A stretch of DNA of 64,000 nt from Octopus sinensis (GCF_006345805.1 NC_043001.1:8990001-9054000), one strand, 5' to 3'; counted from the first letter of the stretch, positions 13,666-26,615 are shown. Notes: generated from the sequence alone by a model not told the origin. Translations and numbers: made by a program.

Positions 13666-14376
13666 TTAGCACCACTAATCCAACAAAACTTTGGTATTTA
13701 GGTATTTGAGAGTGTCAGCTCTGAGCAGAGCGTATTTTAATTCACAAATAATGTTATGCGTCGTGTTGGTGCTGCGCGTATAATCAGAGACAGAACGGGA
13801 AGAAGACACTGCAATTAAAAGTTATTTATTAACTATTCTATATCGATTAATTAACCAGTAATAATAACATTTTTAAGTATTTAATTACGGTAACCAGTGA
13901 AGTATAATTCTATGTCAACATAAATTTCTTGACTACGTTGTTCTTATTTTTAGATGTGAAATCACAAATAGCCTCGAAGACGCTAGCTTGGAAATGTGGT
14001 ATAATAGACAGCATTTTGCTTTATAACATAGTTATCACCTGATCGAAATTATATTACCTGGTCGGGATCGATTTTGTAAAATATGAAGTAAAAATTTGAA
14101 ATAAACTCCAGTTGAGATCATGCTATATCATACAGCTAGTTATTTACGTTACTAACGTGTACATCTCTACGTAAGTAAACACACTACATTTGTAGCAATA
14201 TTTGTTTATAATTAAGGTGTAAGAGTGTGGAGGGCTTAATCAACTACATTTCTCCTCCAAACTTTGCTGCTATTTCATTTAAAAAAGGGAATTAATATCG
14301 CAGTGGATCTTCGAGGCCTTTTTGCCACGTTTCCGTTCTATTGTATCTAATTAAAGCCCAATGCCAACAACTTTGT

Positions 14377-14612
14377 GGAGGCGCGTGGCTTAGTGATTAG
14401 AGTGTTGAACTCATGATCGTAAGGTTGTGGTTTCGATTCCTGGACCGGACAATGCGTTGTGTTCTTGAGCAAAACACTTCCTTTTCACGTCCACTCAGCT
14501 GGCAAAAATGAGTAATCCTGCGACGGATCGGCGTCACGTCCAGGTGAGGAATTTCTACTCCACTGAAACCGGGAAACCGGCCCTTAAAAGCCTGGCATGG
14601 CTCAAGAAGGAA
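14377..14612 (+). mobile_element. SINE group C (tRNA head, CORE-like middle)
   Basis: A box tggcttagtgattag, B box gtttcgattcc, then ttgtgttcttgagcaaaacactt; homologues at 46995-47225 and 50545-50792. Confidence 0.85.
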
Positions 14613-14627
14613 TATTTATCTTTTTGT

Positions 14628-14927
14628 GGAGGCACATGGCGTAGTGGTTAGAGCAGTGGACTCACGGTCGAGGGAGCGCGGGTTCGAATCTCAGACCGGG
14701 CGATGGATGTGTTTATGAGTGAAAACACCTAAGCTCCACTCGGTTCCGGCAGAGGGTAATGGCGAACTTCTGCTGACCCTTTCGCCAGAACTTTCTCTCA
14801 CTCTTTCCCCCTGCATCTTGCAGCTCACCTGCGACATACCGGCGTCCCGTCAAATTGGGGAACCTATACGCCAAGGAAACCGGTAAACCGGCCCTAATGA
14901 GCCAGATATGGCTCGAGAAGGAACAAA
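14628..14927 (+). mobile_element. SINE group D (tRNA head)
   Basis: A box tggcgtagtggttag, B box ggttcgaatc; homologue at 25857-26173; shares the gaaaccggnaaaccggccc tail with the group C copy upstream. Confidence 0.85.
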
Positions 14928-15269
14928 CAATAACTTTGGACGGACTAATCGATCCCATCCACCCATACATGATTGATACGTTATATGTTGATCCTACCAT
15001 GGGGAAAATCAAAATTCCCTCGGTTAGATTTGAAATCAAAACATAAATAGAGCCGGAACAACTACCACGGGGAATTTCTTGCGACCTCCCACCGATTCTG
15101 CTATCTCGGTGCCGTCATTTTCTTTCCAAATAATACCTTAGAAAACTATAGAATATACGGAATGTTCGGAATGTGATTATAAGCTAACAGGTTCAATTCA
15201 TGCAGCGGGTGACGTACGTGACTGTGAGTAAGGTTCATCAATAATATTAATATTTCCTATATTAAATGC

Positions 15270-15650
15270 GAAACGGAGGTGAGTGAGGAGCTCGCCATTG
15301 ATGTTGACACCACCTTGCCATTCGATGCCTCTGATGATCTGTTCGAGACATGCAGTGAAAAGTTTTGGGGAGATTGTATCTCCTTGCTTCACTCCCTTCT
15401 CGACCAGCACTTGTTTAGGTGATGACAGTAGAGCTATGTCGGTGGTGCTTCCGGAATTTGCCGAGTGGTACTCGCTTGAGCGGAAAAGACCACCCGGAAG
15501 ACCTCCACGACGGTGGAGTGACGATTTCAAGAGGACGATTGGGATCACGTGGATGAGAAAGGCGCGATCCAGATAGGAGTGGACAGCGTGCTGTGACCAG
15601 CGGTGTCAAATGGACGCCTGACGGACTGGTCGGTAAAAGTGATCAAAGTG
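15270..15650. mobile_element. RTE-clade LINE with 5' inversion
   Basis: - strand RT motif KGVKQGDTISPKLF...GVNINGELLTHLRFA (about 15270-15425). + strand C-terminus EWYSLERKRPPGRPPRRWSDD. 11-bp TSD atattaaatgc at 15259-15269 and 15651-15661. Confidence 0.9.
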
Positions 15651-15824
15651 ATATTAAATGCATCGTTGGAGTAAAAGATTCTATGGGAAAACTAAGTATT
15701 ATGAATGACTATGTCGTGTTAAAGTTATACTCCGAGCTCATCAGATGCGTTTTGCTGTCAGGACTCTTCGAGAAGTGTCTCTTGACAAACAGTAATGTTT
15801 TGCTTAACAATAAATTGCAAGTTA

Positions 15825-16242
15825 GGCGCAGGGGTAGCTGTGTGGTAAGTAGCTTGCTAACCAACCACATGGTTCCGGGTTCAGTCCCACTGTGTGGCAC
15901 CTTGGGCAAGTGTCTTCTGCTATAGCCCCGGGCCGACCAATGCCTTGTGAGTGGGTTTGGTAGACGGAAACTGAAAGAAGCCTGTCGTATATATGTATAT
16001 ATATATATGTGTGTGTGTGTATGTGTTTGTGTGTCTGTGTTTGTCCCCCCAACATCGCTTGACAACCGATGCTGGTGTGTTTATGTCCCTGTAACATAGC
16101 AGTTCAGCAAAAGAGACCGATAGAATAAGTAAGTACTGGGCTTACAAAGAATAATTCCCGGGGTCGATTTGCTCGACTAAAGGCGGTGCTCCAGCATGGC
16201 CACAGTCAAATGACTGAAACAAGTAAAAGAGTAAAAAGAGTA
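15825..16242 (+). mobile_element. SINE group A, full length (tRNA head, CORE-like ccttgggcaagt, internal TA/TG tract)
   Basis: Near-identical to copies at 19254, 23145, 38192 and 54137. Confidence 0.92.
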
Positions 16243-16314
16243 AGTTCTTGAAGAACATCAAGTTTATCTTATCCTGTATAATAGTTATCAGGGTAGATAT
16301 CTGTGAGCATCTTA

Positions 16315-16518
16315 GTTGTTTCAACAATAAGGCTGCGCCCATACTGAAGCACCGCCTTCAAAAATTCTTTTGTCGAACGACTCGTACGTACCCACTTCTA
16401 ACTTTTAAAGCTTGGCACTTATTCTATTGGGCTATTTAGCCGAAGCGCTAAGTTACGGGGATGTAAATGCATCAAAACTAGTTGACAAGAAGTGGTTTGG
16501 GACACACACATACACACT

Positions 16519-16556
<38 letters not shown>

Positions 16557-16782
16557 ATATAGAAAAAAATTAAATATACGATAAAACATATACCAATAAT
16601 TAACTAAAGTACAAAATAATAAATAAAAACTATTATACATATATATATATATATCGGGCTTCTTTAAGTCTCCGTCGACCAAATTCACTCAATTGTATTT
16701 GGACACTTGCCCAAGCTACCACTTACTGGGACCGAACATGAGATCGTGTGGTTCGGAAGCAGGCTTCTTAATTCACAGCTCC
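16315..16782 (-). mobile_element. Diverged SINE group A copy with an insertion in its TA tract
   Basis: gcaccgcctt, ctaagttacggggatgtaaa, gggcttctttaagtctccgtcgaccaaattcactca and gacacttgcccaag match reverse-strand group A. Confidence 0.75.
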
Positions 16783-18236
16783 AACTAAGCATTGTGAATC
16801 CAGAGGCAAATATGAACGGCTGTTTTGATTTATAAATCTCAATCGGAATCGAACTAATAACCCCTTGGAACCGAGCTTAGAGGCAGCGTTTATACTTTTA
16901 GAGTGGTTTATAATTTCGTTTATAAGTAATACTGTGTCCTCGCATTATTTTGTTATTGATTTCTTTTTCCTTTTTGTATTTTTTTAACATCCAAAATGAT
17001 ATAAATCTTTCGATGATTTGTTTCGACAGGAAAATTTTAAGTCTATATTTTGTGTAACTCAAAACTGCTATAGTTCTGAAGAAAATAATCGAAGAATGTT
17101 TTATTTACACCGGCTTTTATTCGTATTTCAGTGATTTTCGTTACTAGAATCTTGCAAATAAACATGACATGTCGAAGAAAAATGTCATTATTGAGTAATT
17201 TAAATAAACACAAACGTATTTTCCATTATACTGACATAAAATAGTACATAAGAAACAAAACGTATGTCATGTTTGAAAAGATTATTACAAAGTAGAAAAT
17301 ATCAAGAAAACGTTACTTGCATTACTTGGTTGGATCAGACATCAGGCTGCAATCCGTTGGAATTTAAGACCAACGAAAATGTGAGTCGAATATTCTAAAT
17401 TTATGTGAAGATAGAGTTCCACTAGAATAATTCGCTAAGTTGTTTTTAGCACAATACAATTTCGGAGAAAGAAGAAAAGAAACCTGTCAAAAACACCGAA
17501 ATAAAACTGCGATAACGCAGAAGATGTATGAGAAAAATAATCGACTTACTTGCAAATACTTACGAACTAAAATGAAATCAACAAGCAACATCAGATAATG
17601 CAGATAAAGAAAATCTAGAAAAGTTAAAGCCATGATTTCTTCCATTCCTCCTAATATTGCGGAAGATATCTGAGATATAATCGTATAATACAGCATGTAA
17701 TAAACAATGTTGTATCTCATGGCTATAATAATATACAACGTCAACTGACTTTGGTTTGGAGAAAATCGAACTCTATGCAACATGGTTGACAGGGAAGCCT
17801 TTGGCAATGTTACAACTAGAGGAAATATAGATAGAAGTCAGTCCATATAATAACGGCGGCCAAAGTATATCTTAGATCTTATTTACAAATAAAACAACGC
17901 TATTGTCTCTTCTGACATGAAGACATATCAACTAGTCATAAAATTAAGATGATATTGAAAGCGTGTGTAGAAGCAAACATTTGTTACTCTACAATAATAC
18001 TGATAAAATCGCAATAAAATATTCAAAGGACTAAATCCTGAAATACACAAACATCAAAAATAATATATTTGCTTTCTTCGTCTCTTGTTTACTCATATCC
18101 AATTCAACTGCGATTCTATCAATATAAATCTTTTACGTTGTTTTTCTCTTTCTTTCTTTCCTCTCAATCATACATACCCACACATGCACGCATGCACACA
18201 CACAAACAAATACCCTTTCTCCTTTTTTCTTTCTTT

Positions 18237-18276
<40 letters not shown>

Positions 18277-19253
18277 CTCTGTTATTTTTTCTAAATTCAT
18301 TCTAAAGTGCTTTCTTACTTTCGGACTATTTTCCTCATCTTAATTGATTCTAAACTTCATCAGTTCTTCTACAACTTCACTCTTTTAATTTGATTCCTTC
18401 CTCTCACTCTATATTTTCTTAACTTCTCTATTTCTCTTTCTCTATGATTCTGTTCTCTCTCCTCCTCTCTCTTTCTTTCTCTCCCTCACTAATACATTTT
18501 CGATGTCTCATATTTCTTCGTTTCACAAACATATAGGAATAGATATACTCAACCACATACATATGCATGGTTCTCTTAATCTAAATGATGGGGATAATTT
18601 TCGTAATACTTTAAGAAACGACGTCCGGATACGAGTAATATTCTTTCTTAATGCATCATTTTATCAGAATGGATTAAAGGTGGAATTAATATTTATAAGA
18701 TTACTATGAAGTATACTTAGTCATAAGTCTTTAATACTCAGCTAATCATCCTGATGAAACGTATAATAAATACAGAAATTAACTTTAAATTAAATCACTC
18801 TCAAATCACAGAGGACATTTCGTATTCCTTCTATCATATCATAAATTATCTCCAAGAGAGGAAACTGATGCATTTCAAGTACTAGTGTCACATCATCTTG
18901 TACATATTTCCAACGACTGGGAAACATGAGGCAGTCTGAAATACGATATTATCTCTCAGAAACTCCGTGTGATTCTTTATGTAGTTGAAACCGTGTGATC
19001 GTTTAAGTGATTGTTTAAATGATTGGAAAGTATGGCGTATCAGTAAATAGTTTTATTAGTGGATTTTTTTTATTTCAATTAAACATGAACGAAAGTAAAG
19101 CTTAGAGAAACCAAGCGCAAATAATTATTTTAGTTATGTATATTTCAAAGATATCAAAAGTTATTTTGTTCATCTTAAATTCCATCCTAAAACATTCCAG
19201 TCTGGTTCCTATTATGTCCTTTATATTTTTGCAAAAATATATTTTGTATAGTA

Positions 19254-19678
19254 GGTGTAGGAGTGGCTGTGTGGTAAGTAGCTTGCTTACGAATCACATG
19301 GTTCCAGGTTCAGTCCCACTGCGTGGCAACTTGGGCAAATGTCTTCTACTATAGCCTTGGGCCGACTAAAGCCTTGTGAGGGGATTTGGTGGACGGAAAC
19401 TGAAAGAAGCCCTTCGTATATATATATATGTGTGTGTGTGTGCGTGTGTCTGTGTGTGTGTTTGTGTATCTCTGTTTGTCTCCCTAACATGGCTTGACAA
19501 CCGATAGTGGTGTATTTACGTCCCCGTCACTTAGCGTTTCGGCGAAATAGACCGATAGAATAAATACTAGGCTTACAAAGAATAAGTCCTGGGGTCGATT
19601 TGCTTGACTAAAAGGCGGTGCTCTAGTATGGCCATAGCCAAATGACTGAAACAAGTAAAAAGAGTAGAAAAAAGAGTA
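19254..19678 (+). mobile_element. SINE group A, full length
   Basis: Homology to 15825-16242. Confidence 0.92.
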
Positions 19679-20254
19679 ATAATACCTGGCGTCGACACAA
19701 AAAACGGTAATCCAAAAATTAATATATCTATTCACTCTTGTGAGAAATTCGAACACGAATGTCTGATCGGCCTTTTTCTTTCCGTCAGCGGAGAACACCT
19801 CCTCAGTTGAGACAACGTGAGTTCATAAGACATGCGATTCGCCTGGGTAAGCGGGGTTCATGAAAACGCTCTGTTTCTACCTTGTTGTATGTCTCTTCAG
19901 TCAAAGATGCTGCACCAAACTGGCGAATCTTTGAGTACGTACAGAACGGTGGAATCCAAATAATAACGTATTTATTCATTCTTAATACATTGTAGCAGTT
20001 TCCAATGTGAATATGTGATCGCTGTTGTGTTTCGTCATCAGAGAATACAACCTCATTTTAGACACTCTGCATGCATGATATACGATTAACAGGTGGGGTA
20101 GCTTTAGCTGAAACGATACACGACATAGCTAATATACAACGGTGTGCCAGTGTTCCCTTCAATGAATCGGGTGTTGTTATAAATGCACAAACACTGAATA
20201 CAAGAATCTGTCAGATTAATTAAAGGTACGTTATTATATTTCATAATTCGTCCT

Positions 20255-20840
20255 CAGGCGCCTGGATTACTGCTCACAGCTATGGTAACCCACCAGTGTG
20301 AAATTAACAGCGGACCTTGAAGCAATCCAGAGAAGGTTCACAAAGAAGATCGTCTCTGGGAATGGTTGAAACAGTTAAGACTCTACTCTCTGGAGAGAAG
20401 ACGGAAGAGGTATGCAGTAATATATATCAGGAAGATCCTGGAAAGAATTGTGCCAAATTTTGGCATTGAAAGCTACATCAATGCCAGAACGGGACGACAC
20501 TGCATAGTGCCAATGATCCCAGCAACGCCATCACGCTTGAGGACCAGTTACTGCAACAGCCTGGGTTTCAAAGGCCCACAGCTTTTTAATATTCTCCCAA
20601 AGAGTCTGAGGAACTTGCACAAAGTAGATGTAGAATGTTTTAAATCAAAACTGGTCATCTTCCTGTCCAGAGTCCCAGATGAACCTACCTCACGGCAAGA
20701 GGTGCAAATGGGGGTAGCCATATAAAACTCCATTCTTCATCAAGTGTCACATATTAGAGGAGGCTCTTATTAATAACAGTGCAACACAAAACGGCGGTGC
20801 ATCAGCATGGCCGCAGCTCTGAACTGAAACTATAAAAAAA
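20255..20840 (+). mobile_element. CR1/L2-group LINE 3' end (ORF2 C-terminus and 3' UTR)
   Basis: LDYCSQLW...LEAIQRRFTKKI...LRLYSLERRR...GPQLFNILPKSLRN...FKSKL, ending in an A-rich tail. Confidence 0.88.
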
Positions 20841-21292
20841 ATGTTTCTAATGTGTATTGCCATAAAACATTGTAATGTCTCTGTCAAAAGAAAAATATGG
20901 GATCCCATAGCCGGTTTCAGGGCTTGCAAGACTGGTGAGAAGAAGTGATCGATGTTTTCCTCAGACAAAGCCTCGGTTAGAATCCTTGCCACGTTCTGAA
21001 CGCCATTACATCATCCTAGGACCAAGATTTTAATCAAGGTTTTAATGAAACACATTTGAAACAAATTTGTTTAAAACATTATAGAATAAAACAGTATTCG
21101 AATTCTTTCAGGAATCCCGAATGAAACAGATTTTTCGCAATATTTGCTTAGTGAGGTGGAATTTATAAATGTAAACTAGCAAACTATTAAACAAGTTTTA
21201 TTCTGAAATAATTTTACAGAACTATCTAAAGCAGAAAAGACTTTTAATAAATCAAATAACATATATTGAAAGTAAACAATTATATATATATA

Positions 21293-21429
21293 TAAGGTTG
21301 TCCCAAAAGTTCGTAGAAAGTCTTGGAAAATAATGGTCTTTATTTTGAGGAATAATTTTTGTTGTTTTTGTTAGTACTTGGCGAGTAAAAATTAAATTTT
21401 CGCAAGTGTTTACGAACTTTTGGGACAAC

Positions 21430-21433
<4 letters not shown>
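21293..21433. mobile_element. Mariner-type MITE (about 140 bp)
   Basis: Perfect 21-bp TIR aggttgtcccaaaagttcgta (21295-21315) / tacgaacttttgggacaacct (21411-21431), flanked by TA repeats. Confidence 0.88.
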
Positions 21434-21512
<79 letters not shown>

Positions 21513-22088
21513 CATACATATATATATATGTATATTTGTTCAGCTAGACCTATTACGCAAGTGTTAATTTAGATTTTAGAAGTAAGAAATGAAATGTAGC
21601 CATTTGTAGCATTTCGCTCCGGAGATACATTTCTTGTACGAAGTATTAATTAGTATTGTATTTTTTTTCTTATTTTATAAGAAAGAATGCATTGCAGAAG
21701 TTCGCAGAGTAAAATTTAGATGTTTTTACTTTGATGTCATTTTGGCCTCCTTTCAACAAATAAAAATAAAATTTACAGAAATCTGTAAAGCTTCTGACTT
21801 GGATCGTAGCCTCGCTAAAACAACAAACAACGTGATATGAGATCGCTGACTAATTCCCAAACATCAATGGAAGTCTATATCGTGATGATTGTCTACACTA
21901 CCTTCAAAATACTTCTAAGCAAAAATTACAAAGGGTTAAGAATAGCTTAGTTAAATTTTCCCGAAGCATGGGTTTAAGCTTTCTTTCTGACGATGATGAA
22001 AGTAAAGCCAACATTTTGGATATTACCCTTAACTTGCATAATTATTTGTATTTCCCAGACCATAAACCCTCAACTAATTTAGAATATA

Positions 22089-22484
22089 CTAGCAGTATCG
22101 TCCGGCGTTGCTCGGCTTTGTAAGGGAAATAACTATATAAGCATTTTTAGAGAGTTATAGCCAAAAAATAGCAAAAAATGCATTAAAAATGGAAAAGAAA
22201 TGATAGTAATTTTTTTTTTAAATCGTTGACTCATCGTAGACAATTTTAGAGAGTTACTTCCCTTATATAATAGCGAAAAAATGCTTTAAAATGGAAAAAA
22301 ATGATGGTAATTTTTTTTTAAATTGTAGACTCATCGTAGACGCACGCTAATACCCAGAAGAGCTGGATATGAATCCCGACTATAAGATACCCGGTTTTGG
22401 TTAAACTGCACCGCAAAATGTGGGAGTAGTTAGGAATCTAAATCGTAGGAGACAGACACACAACTTGACTTTTATATATAAAGA
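22089..22484 (-). mobile_element. Non-autonomous Helitron
   Basis: - strand starts TC (tctttatatataaaag) and ends with a GC-rich hairpin followed by CTAG. Inserted between A and T with no TSD; internal ~100-bp tandem duplication. Confidence 0.88.
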
Positions 22485-23144
22485 TTATCTCTTTCAGTAA
22501 TCATTCTAAGGTTATTACACAAAGAATTTAGTGAAGACTATTTCACTTAGACCTTCTAAATTATCTGCTAATGTTGATATCTTCAACGATAAAACTGAAG
22601 TTTATAACTCTGCCTTACTAAAAGCAGGCTATAAAGAAAAAATACCTATATTAACCCAATTGACATTAATTCTACCTCTATTAGTCAGGACATGAAATCA
22701 AGTTGTAACAATATTAACGATATTAATTTTATTGCGAATAACAAAATCAAATCGAGTAATATATTTCTGCAGTATAAGGGAGATAACCGTTGTTTAAGAC
22801 ACTTTTTACATTATCAAGGTTCATCGAGGACTTTTAAGGATAATTACCTTAGTAACAAGATTTGTACTAGTAAAACTGTTTGGTTAATAATTCCATATGG
22901 GAAAAAGGATCAAATCTAACCTCCCTATTCAGTTTCGTGAAGCTATAGAAAAGAATTTCCCAAGAAATTTAAAATGCTATTCGATTATTAACTCACATCG
23001 AATTAGAATAGGTTATCTCAACACAAAAGCTTTTTCACAAATCATCACTTCGCATAATACTAAGTTGTTAAATACAAATCCACTTGATGAAAATATTAAC
23101 CTTAGCTTTGTTACCACTAACTAAGCTTTAAATATTATTAAATA

Positions 23145-23304
23145 GGTGCAGGAGTGGCTGTGCGGTAAGTGGCCTGCTTACCAACCACATGGTTCCGGGT
23201 TCAGTCCTACTGTGTGGCACCTTGGACAAGTGTCTTCTACTGTAGCCTCGAGCTGACCAAAGCCTTGTGAGTGGATTTGGTAGAGGGAAACTAAAAGAAG
23301 ACCG

Positions 23305-23335
<31 letters not shown>

Positions 23336-23622
23336 CCGGAGTAAACGCATAAATGTGAAACAAGGTGGAAAAAAGAGTACTCAAATACCAGTGGTAGAGT
23401 AATATATATATGTATGTATGTATGTATTTGTATGTCTGTGTTTATTCCCCCATACATCGCTTGACAACCGATGTTGGTGTATTTATGTCCCCGTCAGCTA
23501 GCGGTTCGGCAAGAGAGATAGATAGAATAAGTTCTGGGCTCGATTTGTTCGGCTAAAGGTGGCACTGCAGCATGGCCGCAGTCAAATGACTGAAACAAAT
23601 ATAAGAAAGTAAAAGAAAGAAA
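23145..23622 (+). mobile_element. SINE group A with a ~70-bp insert in its TA tract
   Basis: Homology to 15825-16242; extra segment at 23335-23403. Confidence 0.9.
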
Positions 23623-24719
23623 GCGGGTTTATTGTTTCTGAAGTTGACTCCAATCGCATTCGTTTTCTTGGCGGAATTCTAAGACTAGAAACTCTAGTAA
23701 AATTACTTCCCGTTCTGCCGTCTTTTTTACATAGGTAGTTCTTCATCTCAGATGTCCAAAAGAATATCTAATCATTACTCTACATTTAGGCATATCAATA
23801 AACGTAGCAATACTGGGCTTAGCAAATTGATCTGCTATCTAAAAGTTCATAATAAACAGTTTAATTTGGAATGGAATATTCTCTGTTTTCTTTACCTTAT
23901 AGCAAAGGTAAATATTTGTGCTCCCTTTGCAATAGTGAACTGTTTTGTGTTTTTTTTTAAACCTATTCTCAAAGAATCCCATTGTAAACACGTTTATAAA
24001 ACGCGTTTATCGTTGCAAACATTAGCAGAAACTTACGTTTGATTCCTATGATTTCTACCATTCTATAAAATTCGAACTTTGACTGTCTTCTTACATTGCA
24101 CTTCCATTACATATATCTACTTCCATATGTTTAAGCTTTATTCAAATTCACCTATCGCTCTATATCTGTCCACTATTGGTTTTCTGCTAATTTCTTTCTT
24201 TCTCCTCCTTCTCTTTCTATAAACTACCTTTGACGTTATATCTGCCAACGATTTTTTTTTAATACTTGATAGCCTTCCCTTCATCATATACGCAATCATC
24301 ACATTCTGTTAAAATGTCTTATGTTTGGTTTCATTCTTTCCTTGATGAGAAGTTTACATTGTTTTACACCATTTTATTCCTTCCGGAATAATACCAATGT
24401 TGTATTCGAAATATGTGTTGTAAGTAAAAGAATTTTAATAGCACATGCGTTTAACTCCATTTATTTGTCTATATTATAGAAAACATTTCACCCATACCTG
24501 GACTTTCTACCTTTATAAATAGGTTGTTACATCCTTGTTACTTGTGTGAAATTTTGCTACCCTGGTAACTGTTTATTTATTTTTTCTGTGTTATTTGTAA
24601 ACACTGGAAACACACACACACCACACACACACACACATGAATATATATATAAATGAATAATTATAGACAGAGAGTGGGAGAGACAGGCAGACAGGAGACA
24701 GACAGCCAGACAGCCAGAC

Positions 24720-24824
<105 letters not shown>

Positions 24825-25350
24825 CGTACATACATGCATGCATATATGCATACGATGTTTGTCACATGTAATTGCGCATTGCGCTATTATGACCACAGGA
24901 CAATGAGTAATGGCTGTCCTCACGTCTATCAGTATTAACATTTATTAGTCGTTCATTGGCTGCGTATGTTGTTTATGCCAATATCACTTTCTTTAAACAG
25001 ATCTATCATCAAAGACCTTCCACCCGTTACCATCTCGACGTTTTATATGTAGAATCGTACTGCCAAATATAACATCATTTTAATTGAGAGTTTTTGTTTA
25101 AGTGAAAATACGGTTTCCGTTTACTGGATTTGAAACAAAGATGTAGTGATCTACCTGTTTCATTCCATTCAAGGTTAAAATAGTCTTGATTGAAATGCAG
25201 TTTTAAACAATACGAGAATTTTGGGAAAAAGATAAAGTATTATATAGGTGTAGACACAGTCACTTGGTGAACAGGTTTACTTTGGAAGAACCTGGTTACG
25301 GGTTCGGTTCTACAGCTCTTTAGCGTCTGCAAAGATCTTTTAATATAATT

Positions 25351-25585
25351 ACAATTAATTTACTACCCACAAGAAGATAAACACAGAGGGGACAAACAAG
25401 AACAGACAAACGGATTAAGTCGATTACATCGACCCCAGTTAGTAACTGGTACTTAATTTATCGACTCCGAAAGGATGAAAGGCAAAGTCGACTTCGGCGG
25501 AATTTGAACTCAGAACGTAACGGCAGACGAAATACGGCTACGCATTTCGACCGGCATGCTAACGTTTCTGCCAGCTCACCGCCTT
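25351..25585 (-). mobile_element. SINE group B, full length
   Basis: Homology to the array at 2.8-3.6 kb; exact 15-bp TSD tcttttaatataatt at 25336-25350 and 25586-25600. Confidence 0.93.
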
Positions 25586-25856
25586 TCTTTTAATATAATT
25601 TCGGTTTCCTCTCAGTATTTCGAATGAAGCTAGGGTTAACAGAAACAGCGGAAATTTTCCTCATTATTATGCTAAATCATAATCTCTGACTCAATTTTAG
25701 TCCCATCGACGAAATTCACGCAATAGCACGTATTCGAACCATGTTTCCATTTAACAAATTATCTCGTTTAAAGATTATTCCTTTGTTATTTCTTCTCGCC
25801 ACCTGTTTTCGAACAGATAGAAAAGTTCATAAGAAGACACGATATTCCTAATCTTA

Positions 25857-26173
25857 AAACGTCGATGAACGTGGCCCTTTTCAAGCCTAATCAGGCTCAT
25901 GGGCCCGGTTTCCCGGTTTCCGTGGCATATATGTTCCTCCCAGCTTGACGAGACGCCAGTCCATCGAAGCGTTACTCAAGAAACAGGAAGAAAGAGTGAG
26001 AGAAAGTTGTGGAGAAAGAGTACAACAAGGGTCGCCACCACCCCCTGCGGGAGCCTCGTGGCGCTTTTAGGTGTTTTTGCTCAATAAACACACACAACGC
26101 ACGGTCTGGGAATCGAAACCGCCATCCTCCGACTGCGAGTCCGCTGCCCTAACCGCTGGGGCATTGCGCCTCC
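25857..26173 (-). mobile_element. SINE group D, full length
   Basis: tRNA-like head at the right end; 13-bp TSD attcctaatctta at 25844-25856 and 26174-26186. Confidence 0.9.
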
Positions 26174-26456
26174 ATTCCTAATCTTACCAACCCGAAGCAA
26201 AAAATCTATTTCACAATCCTTTGTTTCATTCTCTGCAGAAATTAATAACTGTACTTTAGAATTTACCCAGAAACTTCAAACATTTCTGAGAACACATAGT
26301 TCTTTATTAGTTTGAGTGGCTTTACAGACGTATTCTTATATTCAAATAAGAGCTAGATATCTTTTGAAACTACAGGCATGTATTCTTACTTGTACATTAA
26401 GCCACTTGTTTCTTCTTCCATATTTGAATATAGAACTTTCAAAAATTAAATCCACC

Positions 26457-26547
<91 letters not shown>

Positions 26548-26615
26548 TGTGTTAGTATCAATAGGACTACCTTCTTTAAAGTTATACCACACAATGCTTC
26601 ACAATATATATATAC

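Larger units (their letters stand above)
21960..24500 (+). mobile_element. Fragmented Penelope-like retroelement (RT C-terminus and GIY-YIG), interrupted by a Helitron and a SINE
   Basis: ILDITLNL...KPSTNLEYI/ISFSNH; YNSALLKAGY; IPY/GKRIKSNL...IITSHNTKLL; YIGSSSSQMSKRISNH...TGLSKLI.YLK...W; CSLC. A degenerate TTGATGA...GAAA motif follows at about 24342-24425. Confidence 0.85.

Noticed and set aside
14377-14700. tRNA-like sequences with A and B boxes
   Set aside because: They continue into SINE bodies and lack an intact cloverleaf; they are SINE heads, not tRNA genes.
18745-18800. CTGATGA...GAAA cores here and near 2052-2100 and 19860-19905 (-)
   Set aside because: Stems I and III cannot be formed convincingly; chance or too decayed.
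19760-19830. - strand STEEVFSADG, resembling the hAT SERxFS motif
   Set aside because: Weak similarity with no other transposase motif or TIR.
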